A stretch of 27,705 nt of DNA from Pseudobacteriovorax sp. (GTDB lineage Bacteria > Bdellovibrionota_B > Oligoflexia > Oligoflexales > Oligoflexaceae): the NCBI GenBank assembly GCA_050293845.1, contig JBNKNM010000058.1, positions 1-27,705 on the forward strand, given 5' to 3'. The notes under the pieces were generated by a model, which did no database searches, was not told the DNA's origin, and saw only the letters and a list, made by a program, of their open reading frames with translations. This document shows positions 26,701 through 27,705 of the stretch, in pieces; position 1 is the first letter of the stretch; every line of letters starts with the position of its first letter. A program made the translations under genes and the position numbers.

Positions 26701-27705
26701 AAGGAAGTATTACTGTTAAAGCGACTGTCAACGGCCCCCTTGCAAACCCCAAAGTTAAAATAGCCATTAAAGACAAAAAACTGAACCCTAGCCACCCAAA
26801 CGACTGGAAGCCCATATCTGTTGGCTTCATTGATTTCAGCCCGGCAATAACTAATATTACTACGGACATGAGTTACCGCAATGGTTCTCTTTTAATCAAT
26901 TCACTGCAAGGATCTAAAGGCCAACAAGGCAAAATAAATATCAAGGGGCGGTTAGATTTTAGCAGCCAACAAAATTCACTAATCCAAATCAAACTTGATC
27001 AGGTTGAGTTACAACGACTCAATGTACCCGTTTTTAAGTCAGCAAATGCAATAGTTTCTGGGGATATCAACATCTCTGGTAACAAACCTCCCTTTACTAT
27101 CAACGGCAATATTAAAGTCGATGAAGCGTCCTCTATAACCGATTTTGATATCCGCAGACAAATCCTATCTAGTATTCGCAAGGGACAAGTTACTCCTCCA
27201 CTAAACCAGATTAACCCTATCTTAAATTTAGACCTCAATATTTACTGTGATGAAAAGATTTTTATTAAGAATAAAAATCTAGACATGATTTTTAGCGCTG
27301 ATTTATCCATTACAGGCAGCGAGTTAAAGCCTATCATTTTGGGTCAAGTGGAAACAGTAAAAGGAACCTTTAAGTATCGCCGGGATTTTAGCATTAAAAA
27401 GAGCTTTATTTCCTTCGAAGAACCTGTTTACCCTCCAGATCCCAGGTTAGATATAGTGGGCGAGGCGGAAGTAAAAACCGAAGGCACGAACTACAAAATA
27501 GGAATTGCTATAAACGGTAAGGCTTCAGACCCCAAACTTAGCCTCACTATAGATCCCCCAACAAGGCCAGATGGTACTGCTGCAAGTAAATTTGATATTT
27601 TACTTTTATTGACAACAGGTCGTATTCCAGAAATTGATTCTACAAGCAAGGGGGTTTTGCAAAACGAGGCTTACTCTTTGTTTATTGGTTATGCCGAAGC
27701 TCCCC
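23733..27705 (+). CDS. tamB: TamB/AsmA-like translocation-assembly protein (3' partial, over 1300 codons)
   Basis: GTG 23733 is the first start after the in-frame TGA at 23727; N-terminal TM anchor (LTIIVAVVAVALTFLINAII); beta-strand-rich body; DUF490-like end (DPRLDIVGEAEV...GKASDPKL...DILLLLTTG). Both ends are in the same frame and the ORF track lists no terminated + ORF here. Confidence 0.85.
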   Translation, partial: MHISLRLTIIVAVVAVALTFLINAIIDTPFFHRIMNEAIHEQVEAHTNASFDFKALSLQFFPPGLDIYGVAVKDSEDKEFLTAARIEARLSITSLFWGKPELASLGIAELRTRLPLPGGIFKTSNIVKPASHTKTPWPPEFSIPIKSIHLIDSTIDVYFNEVGDQKRQISARLEGLDLDIEYDSWSDWQSKIAMARGNVFLNQTNVLKDVTFTSEIRTDGTQIQLSEMQLTSSRFDLSGTSNINLLIQRDSLNIMGTRRLFDSYLIGLNLTSELAIKKLNFGVLGDFLGAGDSDGWIDGLVKLKAETIFANSDIQWQVTGKARSYDARLSGFRFLESDISFTVDKDQFTFDTIAVQAHRDNSEPLATGKGRIGFADNIPIQFNINPHGISLKTLLSILQVPDFEIFSSQLHSHSLQLAGEGNPLRLQLKGPTHFDELSSLQIPTTSQYPGKPKCLFKLNLMISATAVTIPQNEGICSHPHFDDPDENATIESPVTIDGRIAYNNEEGIDLKISSPALNANLLNHFTQLATKGSIKIDTKIFGPYDDLKIALKQSATSFSIAGFSGKSLDIDGLLSIKKSTLSLKEVHLQDQSQGHITLKNGIFDLSTQELKSYLVVKNLSPSFIENGIVHFNPDLRLGFSVKSIEGDVLIPVTKPLASKVDLVLTVENGSLNGEQIFSQISGQVVATKKRIKTQNLQIQLNRLTLNVDYKQNRSAVRVPGNTTLEQLGFNLSDKFQLQVKTNSKDNKLYLDKYNDSNHLSGLPFIGSRFRELKVGAHISIDSSLEGTFHHAQGNFRGSLSQIFVLGSPMGPINFSGFSNGSKIDIPLVKYGGNSLVARFSFDFQAPNKPFKSYIFLDHFDARALLGPFFAKDPRNFLYLSADWQLAGNLDNFFNSEGQLILKSINAQFVQSANESLQKIKLNTHAPIALDFKKNSWQFANKKSLKLTGDGFEFSLNLSGNNPPEELNIKLLGSVDLQILKKLVPHIETAQGSITVKATVNGPLANPKVKIAIKDKKLNPSHPNDWKPISVGFIDFSPAITNITTDMSYRNGSLLINSLQGSKGQQGKINIKGRLDFSSQQNSLIQIKLDQVELQRLNVPVFKSANAIVSGDINISGNKPPFTINGNIKVDEASSITDFDIRRQILSSIRKGQVTPPLNQINPILNLDLNIYCDEKIFIKNKNLDMIFSADLSITGSELKPIILGQVETVKGTFKYRRDFSIKKSFISFEEPVYPPDPRLDIVGEAEVKTEGTNYKIGIAINGKASDPKLSLTIDPPTRPDGTAASKFDILLLLTTGRIPEIDSTSKGVLQNEAYSLFIGYAEAP

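Noticed and set aside
23537..27238. Minus-strand ORFs 23537-23833, 23867-24175, 24203-24394, 26303-26869, 26999-27238
   Set aside because: Antisense shadows of the ExeA-like and TamB reading frames
1..27705. CRISPR array, tRNA/rRNA, transposase or defence system
   Set aside because: No regularly spaced repeats, cloverleaf or rRNA signatures, or relevant protein motifs found by eye

Overview
Mostly core chromosome of a moderately AT-rich diderm bacterium. Gene content and style suggest Bdellovibrionota/Oligoflexia or a related deltaproteobacterial-type lineage; this is inference, not a database match. In order: a 5'-truncated SDR; an orphan lipoprotein; a six-gene Alternative Complex III operon (actABCDEF, minus strand, ending in an intrinsic terminator with no oxidase genes attached); a divergent uvrB-uvrC-[2Fe-2S] ferredoxin operon; a ~125-nt imperfect hairpin and a sigma54-type promoter ahead of an almost all-coiled-coil lipoprotein; a degenerate REP-like inverted repeat; L-lysine 6-aminotransferase; HemW; a basic membrane protein; a purD-purE-tsaC-maf operon; and a divergent operon of pseudo-receiver/helical protein, ExeA-like ATPase with a degenerate P-loop, and a TamB/AsmA-like ORF (23733 to window end, absent from the ORF track because it has no stop). 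No CRISPR, tRNA, rRNA or transposase was seen. Best leads: an ActA that looks lipid-anchored rather than TM-anchored, the pseudo-receiver/ExeA/TamB envelope module, the sigma54-driven coiled-coil lipoprotein with its upstream structured element, and the uvrC-coupled ferredoxin.
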